The translations under genes were made by a program, and so were the position numbers. 32,000 nt of DNA. Origin: Parafilimonas sp. (GTDB taxonomy: Bacteria > Bacteroidota > Bacteroidia > Chitinophagales > Chitinophagaceae). Shown here piece after piece: positions 23,877-31,961 of this stretch (the first letter of the stretch is position 1; every line of letters starts with the position of its first letter). Location: NCBI GenBank assembly GCA_036274175.1, contig DASUGF010000040.1, positions 38,326 through 70,325 of the forward strand, read 5' to 3'. The notes beneath the pieces are model-generated. The model was not told the DNA's origin. It worked only from the letters and a program-made list of their open reading frames with translations, and ran no database searches.

Positions 23877-25037
23877 TTATTTCAGCCAGTTGCTTCCAAA
23901 AACAATATAGTAAGCAAATTGTTCAGGTCCGCGGGCGATATCAACGCCCATACGCAGTTTAAACTTGCGTGCCAGGAGATACCTGAAACCGGTTCCGTAA
24001 CTATAAACCAATTCGGACGAGCCGAATTCGTTCCATTCATCAAAGGCTTTACCCAGTCCGCCGTACGCCATAATGCTCCATCGTTTGTAAAAATCCCAGC
24101 GGAATTCCAGTTCTGTGAGTATATCAGCATTACCCTGGTAGCGGTTGGCCGGTATGCCGCGCATGTCTATATAAGGAAGCATAAAAAAAGGCACATCACC
24201 AAATGCTTGTTGCCCATCAACCCGCCAGCCACCTACTAATTTCTCTGAAAGCGATCTATAGAAATACATATAATAGTTCAGGCGCCAGTAATCGTAGTCG
24301 CTGCCAAAGATATTATCCGATCTTATTCCATCCATATGCACTTTCATGCCTGTGTTGGGTGTAAACACATTGTCCCGGGAATCCAGTTCAACTACAGCGC
24401 CCAGTTGGCTTACAATACTTGAATACTCTTTGGATTTTACCCAATCAGGCGGCAAAAGATGGTCGCCAACATAATCCACATCTGTTTTCAGGAAAAGATA
24501 TTTGAGACCCGCATACCAATTCGAATAACCGATTCTTTTAATAGCCTGCATTAAAATCGCCGGTGTTGTAATATTGAACTTAAATTCTTTTTCACCCAAT
24601 TGAGGCAAATTTCTGAAATATGCCATATTGATATTGCCATAACCGCCGCCGATCATATATTTTATCCTGCTTTTGATAAATGTACCGCTCCTGAAAGCTG
24701 CAGTCAGCCAAGTGTTGTTTACAGTATACAACCCAATACCGCCGGTTATATCCGGTGCTATCGGGGTAACCTTAACTTTTCCTTTTATTGTATCTATATA
24801 AGGAGGCCTTTTTTTAATAAAAACAGGCACAAGGCCTCCGCCAAAGCCACCCAATGCCGGTTCCGTTATAATAATAGGCACCGGTACAAAACCGTTTGCT
24901 TCAATTATATAATCACTGAAATCCACCGCGCCATCTAAAGAATCTTTTAAAGGAGGTCTTTTATGCTGAGCAATACACGAGAAAGAGATCGCGATATGCA
25001 ATAGAAAGAAGGTTAGTGTCCGAAGGGTGTTTTTCAT
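23877..25037 (-). CDS. POTRA-less Omp85/BamA-TamA-family outer-membrane beta-barrel (bacterial surface antigen domain)
   Basis: Signal peptide plus alternating beta-strand pattern throughout. It has an L6-loop-like motif (IDMRGIPANRYQG) and a C-terminal aromatic-rich strand (FAYYIVFGSNW). At 386 aa there is no room for POTRA repeats. Confidence 0.7.
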   Translation of the reverse strand: MKNTLRTLTFFLLHIAISFSCIAQHKRPPLKDSLDGAVDFSDYIIEANGFVPVPIIITEPALGGFGGGLVPVFIKKRPPYIDTIKGKVKVTPIAPDITGGIGLYTVNNTWLTAAFRSGTFIKSRIKYMIGGGYGNINMAYFRNLPQLGEKEFKFNITTPAILMQAIKRIGYSNWYAGLKYLFLKTDVDYVGDHLLPPDWVKSKEYSSIVSQLGAVVELDSRDNVFTPNTGMKVHMDGIRSDNIFGSDYDYWRLNYYMYFYRSLSEKLVGGWRVDGQQAFGDVPFFMLPYIDMRGIPANRYQGNADILTELEFRWDFYKRWSIMAYGGLGKAFDEWNEFGSSELVYSYGTGFRYLLARKFKLRMGVDIARGPEQFAYYIVFGSNWLK

Positions 25038-25148
25038 AACTGGTTAAGAAATTTTTGATTGAAGAACTATGATATAGATATACAATTGTTTGAAATCAGT
25101 AACAACTTGTTTCAATTAAAAACAACTTCGATTCTTAACTGCCGGTAG

Positions 25149-25850
25149 TTATTTCGAACTGGCTGCTGACTTTCCGGCCCCAACCGGTATATACACGTTT
25201 ATCAGCCACGCTCCATTTGCCTGTTTCCCACCCTGTTGTTTCATTATATCCGTTAAGCCATAACAATATCTTACCCCAAGTGAAAGTCCCTTATCCTGCC
25301 TGAATTTATACACCAGGCCCCCGGCAATATCAACGGAAAATGCTGTTGTTTCATCTTTTATTTTGGTGGTATATTCAAGAGGATTATTATCCACCTCTGT
25401 TTTAAAAACATCTTTTGTTTTCAACTGCCAGTCAACCTGCGGGCCGGCTTCTGCAAACAATGACCCTTTGATGCGGTATTGAACCAGCAGTGGCAGACTT
25501 ACGGCTTTGATCTTTCTTGTAACACTGCCATTCTCAAAATCTTCATCAATTTCCGGGTTGCCTGTAGGGTAAGGTGCAATACCTTTTGCGCCCAATGATT
25601 CTTTGGCTATTGCTTCAGGATGAAGAAAAAAGTTTTCTGACATTTTTATATTAAAGAATAAACCAAGATTAAATCCGGTTTTTGCCTCAGCATCCATATT
25701 AGAAATATTAGAAAATGTTGGGCCGCCAAATAAACCAAACTCCATTCTTCCGCTATTTAATTTGTCGCCAAATAACAATGCGATAATTACCTGCGCAGAT
25801 GCTGCCTTACATATAATGAACAGTAAAGAAGTAAAAAAAAGCTTCTTCAT
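25149..25850 (-). CDS. Small outer-membrane beta-barrel (porin-family/PorT-like) protein
   Basis: ORF 25149-25877 starts at TTG. The internal Met (track residue 10) gives the signal peptide MKKLFFTSLLFIICKAASAQ. It has alternating hydrophobic beta-strand periodicity and a C-terminal aromatic strand (GAWLINVYIPVG). The start coordinate comes from the ORF-track frame. Confidence 0.65.
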   Translation of the reverse strand: MKKLFFTSLLFIICKAASAQVIIALLFGDKLNSGRMEFGLFGGPTFSNISNMDAEAKTGFNLGLFFNIKMSENFFLHPEAIAKESLGAKGIAPYPTGNPEIDEDFENGSVTRKIKAVSLPLLVQYRIKGSLFAEAGPQVDWQLKTKDVFKTEVDNNPLEYTTKIKDETTAFSVDIAGGLVYKFRQDKGLSLGVRYCYGLTDIMKQQGGKQANGAWLINVYIPVGAGKSAASSK

Positions 25851-26005
25851 GATGTCAACTTTTGAGCCCGTGTGCAAAAGATAATAATGGCTGAATATAT
25901 AATAAAGAATGTAACTTCTTTATGTAAAACAAATTAAAAATACTTATCTTAATTTTACCAGCATCTTTTCTACCATTAATTGTTTATACTATTAGAAATA
26001 TTCCA

Positions 26006-26611
26006 ATGAAACTATTGTGTACTTTGTTTACGGGTATTGTATTAACCTTGTACTCCTGCACTCCAACGCCATCCATACAGCAAAGCTGGACCAATCCCGA
26101 ACAAAAAGACAGCACTAAAGTGTTCCAGAAAATTTTATTAGTTGCGTTATTAAAAGATGCATATACAAGAAAAGTTGCCGAAGATAAACTGGCGGAAGAT
26201 GTAAAGCCAAGAGGTGTTGTGTCTTATAACTATTTGCCAAATTACCAGGCAAATGCTGATACCGGTTTAATTGCAAACAGGCTGAGGCAGGATGGTTTTG
26301 ACGGAATAGTTATTATGCGTTTTATAACCATAGATAAAAATACGGTGAACAGCTCTCCGAGTAATCAACCTACATATTACAATAGCTGGTATGGTTATTA
26401 CAGCACAACATATCCATTGTATAATGTTCCGGGTAATACTGCAGCCAATGAAATTTATAACGTAGAAACCAATGTATATTCCCTGGCCTCCAATAAGCTG
26501 TTATGGAGCGGTGTAACCACGGCGGTTAATATTTCCAATAAAAGCCAGATGATCGACCGCATTATTGCTATTGTTAAGCAAAAAATGAAGGACGAGGGAT
26601 TTTTAAAATGA
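26006..26611 (+). CDS. Hypothetical lipoprotein
   Basis: Lipoprotein signal MKLLCTLFTGIVLTLYSC. I recognise no family with confidence. Confidence 0.6.
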   Translation: MKLLCTLFTGIVLTLYSCTPTPSIQQSWTNPEQKDSTKVFQKILLVALLKDAYTRKVAEDKLAEDVKPRGVVSYNYLPNYQANADTGLIANRLRQDGFDGIVIMRFITIDKNTVNSSPSNQPTYYNSWYGYYSTTYPLYNVPGNTAANEIYNVETNVYSLASNKLLWSGVTTAVNISNKSQMIDRIIAIVKQKMKDEGFLK

Positions 26612-26614
26612 TCT

Positions 26615-26760
26615 TCATTACTCATTCATTACTCATTCATTACTCATTCATTACTCATTCATTACTCATTCATTACTCATTCATTACTCATTCATTACTC
26701 ATTCATTACTCATTCATTACTCATTCATTACTCATTCATTACTCATTATTCATTACTCAT
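26615..26760. repeat. 11-bp tandem repeat (TCATTACTCAT) x13
   Basis: Twelve perfect head-to-tail units at 26615-26746, a 3-nt TAT interruption, then a 13th unit at 26750-26760. Read directly from the sequence. Confidence 0.95.
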
Positions 26761-26765
26761 CAATG

Positions 26766-28280
26766 TTACTGTACAAGCTGTAACGTGCGTTTAATACGAT
26801 CTATTGTTTCCTGCTTGCCTAATATGGCTGCAACATCAAAAACACCCGGGCCAAATTTTCCGCCAACCAGCATTATCCTGAAAGGCAGCATTAACTCCCC
26901 TGGTTTTAACTGACTTGCCGCTGCTATTTCTTTAAATATGTTTTCGAGATCATCATGCTGCCATGTTATACTCAGTTGATAAGCACGAATTAATTCAACA
27001 AAGAATTGTTGCTTATGTTCATTCCATTTTGGCTTAATGGCTGTTACATCAATTTCTTTAGGCGATTGAAAAAAGAAAGCGGACTGCTGCACAAAATCAG
27101 GAATTAAAGTACAGCGATCTTTTACCAGCTCGATAACCGCTTTCAATCTGCCATCGTCATTCACCTCAACGCCTGCCTCCCGTAAAAGCTGTTTTACCAT
27201 GGACTGCAGACTATCGACTGTGGACCGCTTCATCCATTCATGATTGAACCATTTTGCTTTTTCATAATCGAATTTGGCGCCGCCTTTATGCACCCGTTCC
27301 ATAGAAAATTTTTCAACCAGTTGCTTCAGTGAAAAAACTTCCTGTTCCGTACCGTCATTCCATCCAAGCAAAGCAAGCATGTTGATGAAGGCTTCCGGCA
27401 AAAAACCACGTTCCCGGAAACCATGAGTAAGCTCACCTGTTTTAGGGTCGGTCCAGTTCATGGCGAACACAGGAAAACCCAGGCGGTCACCGTCGCGCTT
27501 ACTTAATTTCCCTTTCCCGTCCGGTTTTAATATCAATGGCAAATGGGCCCACTGCGGCATGTTTTCCAAACCAAATAAATATTGCCACAACAAGATATGA
27601 ACAGGCGAAGAAGGCAGCCATTCTTCACCGCGGAAAGCATGTGTTATCTTCATCAAATAATCATCAACAACAACAGCAAGATGATAGGTGGGCATGCCAT
27701 CTGCTTTCAATAAAACTTTATCATCCACTTGTGATGTGTTGAAGTTTACCGCGCCGCGGATCATATCAACAAAACCGACTGTTTCATCATGGGGCATCTT
27801 AATACGAATAACATACGGTTGGTTTTCATTTAATAATCTTTTTATTTCATCATCATTCAGTGTTAACGAATTTTTCATCCCGCTGCGCGATGATTGATCG
27901 TATTGAAAATTGCTCACCGCTTTTCTTTTTTCTTCCAGTTCCTGTGGTGTATCGAATGCATAGTATGCTTTGCCATCTTTTGCCAATTGCTCAGCATATT
28001 GCTTATACATTTCTTTTCTTTCACTTTGGCGGTATGGCGCATACTCACCGCCATGCACAACACTTTCATCCGGTTCTAATCCGCACCATTTCAAACATTC
28101 AAAAATGTATTCCTCCGCGCCGGGTACAAACCGGTTTTGGTCAGTATCTTCTATGCGTAAAATAAAATCGCCGTTGTTGTGTTTTGCAAACAAATAATTA
28201 AACAATACGGTGCGCACGCCACCAATATGCAAACCACCTGTTGGGGATGGCGCAAAACGCACTCTTACTTTTTTGTCCAT
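26766..28280 (-). CDS. gltX: Glutamyl-tRNA synthetase
   Basis: ORF 26766-28301; ATG 28280 preferred (MDKKVRVRFAPSPTGGLHIGGVRT, HIGH-type motif). It has KMSKS as GKLSKRDG. A -7 box lies 4 nt upstream of this ATG. Confidence 0.95.
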   Translation of the reverse strand: MDKKVRVRFAPSPTGGLHIGGVRTVLFNYLFAKHNNGDFILRIEDTDQNRFVPGAEEYIFECLKWCGLEPDESVVHGGEYAPYRQSERKEMYKQYAEQLAKDGKAYYAFDTPQELEEKRKAVSNFQYDQSSRSGMKNSLTLNDDEIKRLLNENQPYVIRIKMPHDETVGFVDMIRGAVNFNTSQVDDKVLLKADGMPTYHLAVVVDDYLMKITHAFRGEEWLPSSPVHILLWQYLFGLENMPQWAHLPLILKPDGKGKLSKRDGDRLGFPVFAMNWTDPKTGELTHGFRERGFLPEAFINMLALLGWNDGTEQEVFSLKQLVEKFSMERVHKGGAKFDYEKAKWFNHEWMKRSTVDSLQSMVKQLLREAGVEVNDDGRLKAVIELVKDRCTLIPDFVQQSAFFFQSPKEIDVTAIKPKWNEHKQQFFVELIRAYQLSITWQHDDLENIFKEIAAASQLKPGELMLPFRIMLVGGKFGPGVFDVAAILGKQETIDRIKRTLQLVQ

Positions 28281-28284
28281 GGTG

Positions 28285-28292
28285 CAAATGTA
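28285..28292 (-). promoter_or_regulatory. -7 box TAcaTTTG 4 nt upstream of the gltX ATG
   Basis: The - strand reads TACATTTG-cacc-ATG(GAC AAA AAA). Confidence 0.4.
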
Positions 28293-28390
28293 AAGAAGCA
28301 ATTATTTTTCGCGCTGAGATAACAGAGCTAATGAGTTTGAAATAACATAACAGAATTCTCTGCCTGCCCTGCTTGCTCTGCGCGAGAAAA

Positions 28391-29068
28391 CTATCCCTTG
28401 TCAGGTAGATTTAAAAAATCTTTATTACACTCCTCAACAAACCCCAATACTTCTTCTCTACCCAATTTATTAATCGCACTTGTTACAAAATACTGCGGCA
28501 GAAACTCCCAGTTCTCTTTCATCTTTTCAAAAAACGAATGCACATTGCGCTGAACAGCGCCGGGTTTCTCTTTATCGGCTTTTGTAAAAACAATGGTAAA
28601 AGGCAATTGCCATTCCCCTAAACTGTCTATGAATTCGAGATCAATTTTTTGAGGTTCATGACGGGCATCGATCAATACAAAAATATTCAACAGGCTTTCG
28701 CGTTTGCGTAAGTAGTCTTCGATCATCCTGCTCCATTGTTTTCGTTGCTGCTGCGATCTTTTGGCATAGCCATAACCGGGCAGGTCAACCAAATACCACC
28801 TCATACCCTTGCCCTCCCGAAGTTTCGGGACAAGTTCTCTACGTGTGGAGAGGGATGGGGAAGAAACTATTTCGTAGTGATTGATCAATTGTGTTTTACC
28901 AGGCGCGGCAGATGTTTTGGCAAGCTTTGTATTGTTGCAGAGCATGTTTATCAACGATGATTTACCCACATTGCTTCTTCCGATAAATGCATATTCAGGA
29001 CGATCAGGTTTTGGGCATTTATCAACTGAAGGACTTGATATAAGATATGTTGCCTTAGTGATTAGCAT
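28391..29068 (-). CDS. engB: Ribosome-biogenesis GTPase EngB/YihA, carrying a 22-codon insertion
   Basis: ORF 28391-29077 starts at GTG; ATG 29068 preferred (MLITKATYLISSPSVDKCP...). It has G1 GRSNVGKSS, G3 DLPGYGYA and G4 TKADK. There is extra sequence between INHYEIV and WYLVDLPGYG. Confidence 0.9.
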   Translation of the reverse strand: MLITKATYLISSPSVDKCPKPDRPEYAFIGRSNVGKSSLINMLCNNTKLAKTSAAPGKTQLINHYEIVSSPSLSTRRELVPKLREGKGMRWYLVDLPGYGYAKRSQQQRKQWSRMIEDYLRKRESLLNIFVLIDARHEPQKIDLEFIDSLGEWQLPFTIVFTKADKEKPGAVQRNVHSFFEKMKENWEFLPQYFVTSAINKLGREEVLGFVEECNKDFLNLPDKG

Positions 29069-29136
29069 ATTGCGCACAAAGAAACAAAGTTTGCAAAGAA
29101 AGAAGCAAAGTTTTAATCACGAAGACAGAAGCCTGT

Positions 29137-29289
29137 TTAGTATTGAACAAATGCGTTACAACTATTTTGATGAACGATATATATCTCTGCAAGAATCATG
29201 ACCAAAGCGATTACATAAGGGAACAGGTTAACATATTCAAACTCCTTGAACAATTTTGTTTTATGCGGATTGGAAATCATTCTGTCCAT
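29137..29289 (-). CDS. Candidate 50-aa small membrane protein (below the ORF-track cutoff)
   Basis: Manual translation: MDRMISNPHKTKLFKEFEYVNLFPYVIALVMILAEIYIVHQNSCNAFVQY. It has one hydrophobic segment and lies between the haem-binding protein gene and engB on the same strand. There is no other support. Confidence 0.2.
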   Translation of the reverse strand: MDRMISNPHKTKLFKEFEYVNLFPYVIALVMILAEIYIVHQNSCNAFVQY

Positions 29290-29337
29290 AAAACATGCTT
29301 TAAGCAAATACGTTAAGCTTTTGAGATACAGCTATGC

Positions 29338-29847
29338 TTAATTTACATTAGGTGGTTCCGGCCCACGTTTTCTTACCAGGCTGTCTTTCGGATATTTTGC
29401 TTCCATTTGTTTACGAATGCCTTCACTCCAACTGATAAGTATATGTTTATCGGCATCTGTTAATACTGCATTCCTGTGAATAATTGTATAAGAGGAAAGC
29501 GGCATTTCATCTTTCTCAATTTGTTCTTTTATTTCTTCCAGCTTATGATACTGCCGGCTTAGCCTATACGTTGCAAATTCATCAAAGTTCAGCTCGTCCT
29601 TGCCTTCAACTACATGATTATTCAAATACCACATTACAGGCTGGATATTATTATACCAGGGATAGCGGGTGTTGTTGCTGTGACAATCTTTACAGGCTTT
29701 AACCATTATCGAATCAACGTTAGCAGGAACAGTGTAGACAGTGGAAATAGCGGCAGATTGTGAACCCAAATGAATATTTTTCTGCGGTCTTATAAATTGT
29801 ATTACAACAAGGATTAGCAGTAATATCAACAAGATTTTTTTCAGCAT
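29338..29847 (-). CDS. Membrane-anchored haem-binding-domain protein (CxxCH)
   Basis: N-terminal anchor MLKKILLILLLILVVIQF. The stretch CKDCHSNNTRYPWYNNIQPVMWYLNNHVVEGKDELNFDEF resembles the Bacteroidetes and Planctomycetes haem-binding domain family. Confidence 0.7.
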   Translation of the reverse strand: MLKKILLILLLILVVIQFIRPQKNIHLGSQSAAISTVYTVPANVDSIMVKACKDCHSNNTRYPWYNNIQPVMWYLNNHVVEGKDELNFDEFATYRLSRQYHKLEEIKEQIEKDEMPLSSYTIIHRNAVLTDADKHILISWSEGIRKQMEAKYPKDSLVRKRGPEPPNVN

Positions 29848-29856
29848 GAGCCAATT

Positions 29857-31386
29857 TTATTTGCCGGGTGCAAGAATATTGCCTGTCATCTCTTTTGGAA
29901 TAGGCAGCCCCATAAATGTAAGAACGGTTGGCGCTATGTCGCCAAGTTTACCAGGCTTTACTTCCCCTCTGAATTCATTATTGATGATAAAGAACGGAAC
30001 AGGATTCAATGAATGCTGCGTATTAGGCGATCCGTCTTCATTTATTTCATAATCAGCATTGCCGTGGTCTGCGAGTAAAAATGTGGTGTAGCCATGTGCC
30101 AACGCCGCAGTAATAACTTTTTCAACACAGCCATCAACGGTTTCAACTGCTTTTATCACGGCATCCCAAACGCCTGTATGGCCAACCATATCAGGATTCG
30201 CAAAATTCAAACAAATAAAATCGGCTGTTTCATTTTCAATTTCAGGAAGCAATTTCGCTGTTACCTCGTACGCACTCATTTCAGGCTTCAGATCGTATGT
30301 GGCAACTTTTGGTGATGGCACTAATATCCTCGTTTCCCCATTAAATGGAGCTTCTCTTCCGCCGCTGAAAAAGAAAGTAACATGCGGATATTTTTCTGTT
30401 TCCGCAATACGGATCTGTTTTAAATGATGTTGCTCCACGATCTCGCCAAGCGTGTTATTTAAATTGTCATTGTCGAAAACGATGTTTACGTTTTTGAATG
30501 TTTTATCATATTCTGTCATGGTTGTATAATTCAACGCTAAAGTATGCATACCCTGATCAGGAAATTCCTGTTGTGTAAGCGCCATTGTAATTTCACGGCA
30601 ACGGTCTGTCCGGAAATTAAAACAGATAACTGCATCACCGTTTTTAATGGTTGCCAGTGGTTGTTGCGCTTCATCTACAATAACGGTAGGCTTTATAAAT
30701 TCGTCGGTAACATTCTGCGCATAAGATTGTTCGATCGCTTCAATAGCATCTGTTGCCTTAATGCCTTCACCTTTCACCAGTGCATCGTATGCAAGTTTTA
30801 CGCGCTCCCATCGCTTATCCCTGTCCATAGCGTAATACCGTCCGCTTACAGTAGCAATTTTTCCAACAGAATTGTTAATACTTTGCTGTAATTGTTTTAT
30901 AAATCCCAAACCACTTTTTGGATCTGTATCACGGCCATCGGTAAATGCATGAATATAAACTTCGCTTAACCCTTGCTGTGCGCAAACATCGCAAATAGCT
31001 TCCAGATGTTTTATATGCGAATGCACACCGCCATCACTTACCAAACCGATCAGGTGTAATGGCTTTTTGTTTTCTTGAGCATATCTAAGCGCATTTAACA
31101 AATGCTCATTCTTTTGAAATTCGCCTTCGCGGATGGCAACATTTATACGCTGCAGTTCCTGGTACACAACCCTGCCGGCGCCTAAATTCAAATGGCCAAC
31201 TTCGCTGTTGCCCATTTGACCTTCAGGTAATCCAACCGCTTCACCGCAGGTTATTAAGGTAGTGTTAGGATACTTTTTGTATAGACTGCTTACGAAAGGA
31301 GTTTTGGCATGTTGTATGGCATCGGATGAATACACTTTTCCAAGTCCCCACCCATCCATAATAATTAAAATTGCTTTTTTGCTCAT
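29857..31386 (-). CDS. gpmI: 2,3-bisphosphoglycerate-independent phosphoglycerate mutase
   Basis: 509 aa. It has N-terminal ILIIMDGWGLG, the phosphoserine region GNSEVGHLNLGAGR and the metal site LLADHGNA. Confidence 0.95.
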   Translation of the reverse strand: MSKKAILIIMDGWGLGKVYSSDAIQHAKTPFVSSLYKKYPNTTLITCGEAVGLPEGQMGNSEVGHLNLGAGRVVYQELQRINVAIREGEFQKNEHLLNALRYAQENKKPLHLIGLVSDGGVHSHIKHLEAICDVCAQQGLSEVYIHAFTDGRDTDPKSGLGFIKQLQQSINNSVGKIATVSGRYYAMDRDKRWERVKLAYDALVKGEGIKATDAIEAIEQSYAQNVTDEFIKPTVIVDEAQQPLATIKNGDAVICFNFRTDRCREITMALTQQEFPDQGMHTLALNYTTMTEYDKTFKNVNIVFDNDNLNNTLGEIVEQHHLKQIRIAETEKYPHVTFFFSGGREAPFNGETRILVPSPKVATYDLKPEMSAYEVTAKLLPEIENETADFICLNFANPDMVGHTGVWDAVIKAVETVDGCVEKVITAALAHGYTTFLLADHGNADYEINEDGSPNTQHSLNPVPFFIINNEFRGEVKPGKLGDIAPTVLTFMGLPIPKEMTGNILAPGK

Positions 31387-31390
31387 GGCG

Positions 31391-31398
31391 CAAATCTA
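31391..31398 (-). promoter_or_regulatory. -7 box TAgaTTTG 4 nt upstream of the gpmI ATG
   Basis: The - strand reads TAGATTTG-cgcc-ATG(AGC AAA). Confidence 0.4.
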
Positions 31399-31529
31399 CA
31401 CGCTTTCAGGTGTATGTTACTTGATTTTTCAATTGTCCGCGAATTGTCAGAAGAGGCTATTTCACAATTACATAACTATACCGCTTAAACAATAAGCCTT
31501 ATCTTTAGTCCAAATTCTATAAACATTAA

Positions 31530-31904
31530 ATGAAAAAATTTTTAACAATACTTGGATTTCTGTTTTCCCTTTCTGTGTTTGCTCAAACGGGCGACGATGT
31601 GGTAAATGCTTTGAAAGCAGGCAGCGCGTCTAAATTCACCGGTTATTTCAGCAACAGCGTTGATGTGAAACTCCCTCAGAAAAATGAAATGAAAAATGTA
31701 AGCAAAGCTGACGCTTCCAGTGCCGTTTCCGGTTTTTTTTCGTCTAACAAGATCAATTCTTTCGAAGTAACCTCTCAGCGGGAAATGAGCGGCACCATGT
31801 ATATAGCAGGTAAATTAAAGGGCGCTTCACAGGATTATAATCTCACTGTAATGCTGAAAGGCAGCGGCAGCAGTCTTGCCGTGATCACAGTACGTATAAG
31901 TTAG
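31530..31904 (+). CDS. DUF4783-like secreted protein
   Basis: Signal peptide MKKFLTILGFLFSLSVFAQ. The body (VVNALKAGSASKFTGYFSNSVDVKLP...SGFFSSNKINSFEVTSQ...YIAGKLKGASQDYNLTVMLK) resembles DUF4783. Confidence 0.65.
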   Translation: MKKFLTILGFLFSLSVFAQTGDDVVNALKAGSASKFTGYFSNSVDVKLPQKNEMKNVSKADASSAVSGFFSSNKINSFEVTSQREMSGTMYIAGKLKGASQDYNLTVMLKGSGSSLAVITVRIS

Positions 31905-31930
31905 TTTGGGTTTGATGTAATTTTTATCTG

Positions 31931-31961
31931 AAGGGAATGAATTTTTTCGTTCCCTTTTTTT
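31931..31961 (+). terminator. Intrinsic terminator after the DUF4783-like gene
   Basis: AAGGGAA (31931-31937), 12-nt loop, TTCCCTT (31950-31956) running into a T-run up to 31961. Confidence 0.6.

Noticed and set aside
26615-26760. Possible CRISPR array
   Set aside because: The units are 11 bp and directly contiguous with no spacers, and there are no cas genes in the window. This is a simple tandem repeat.
26608-26913. 101-aa ORF beginning MIFITHSLLIHYSFITHSLLIHYSF...
   Set aside because: It is an artefact of reading through the 11-bp tandem repeat, which has no stop in any + frame, and then antisense into the gltX 3' end.
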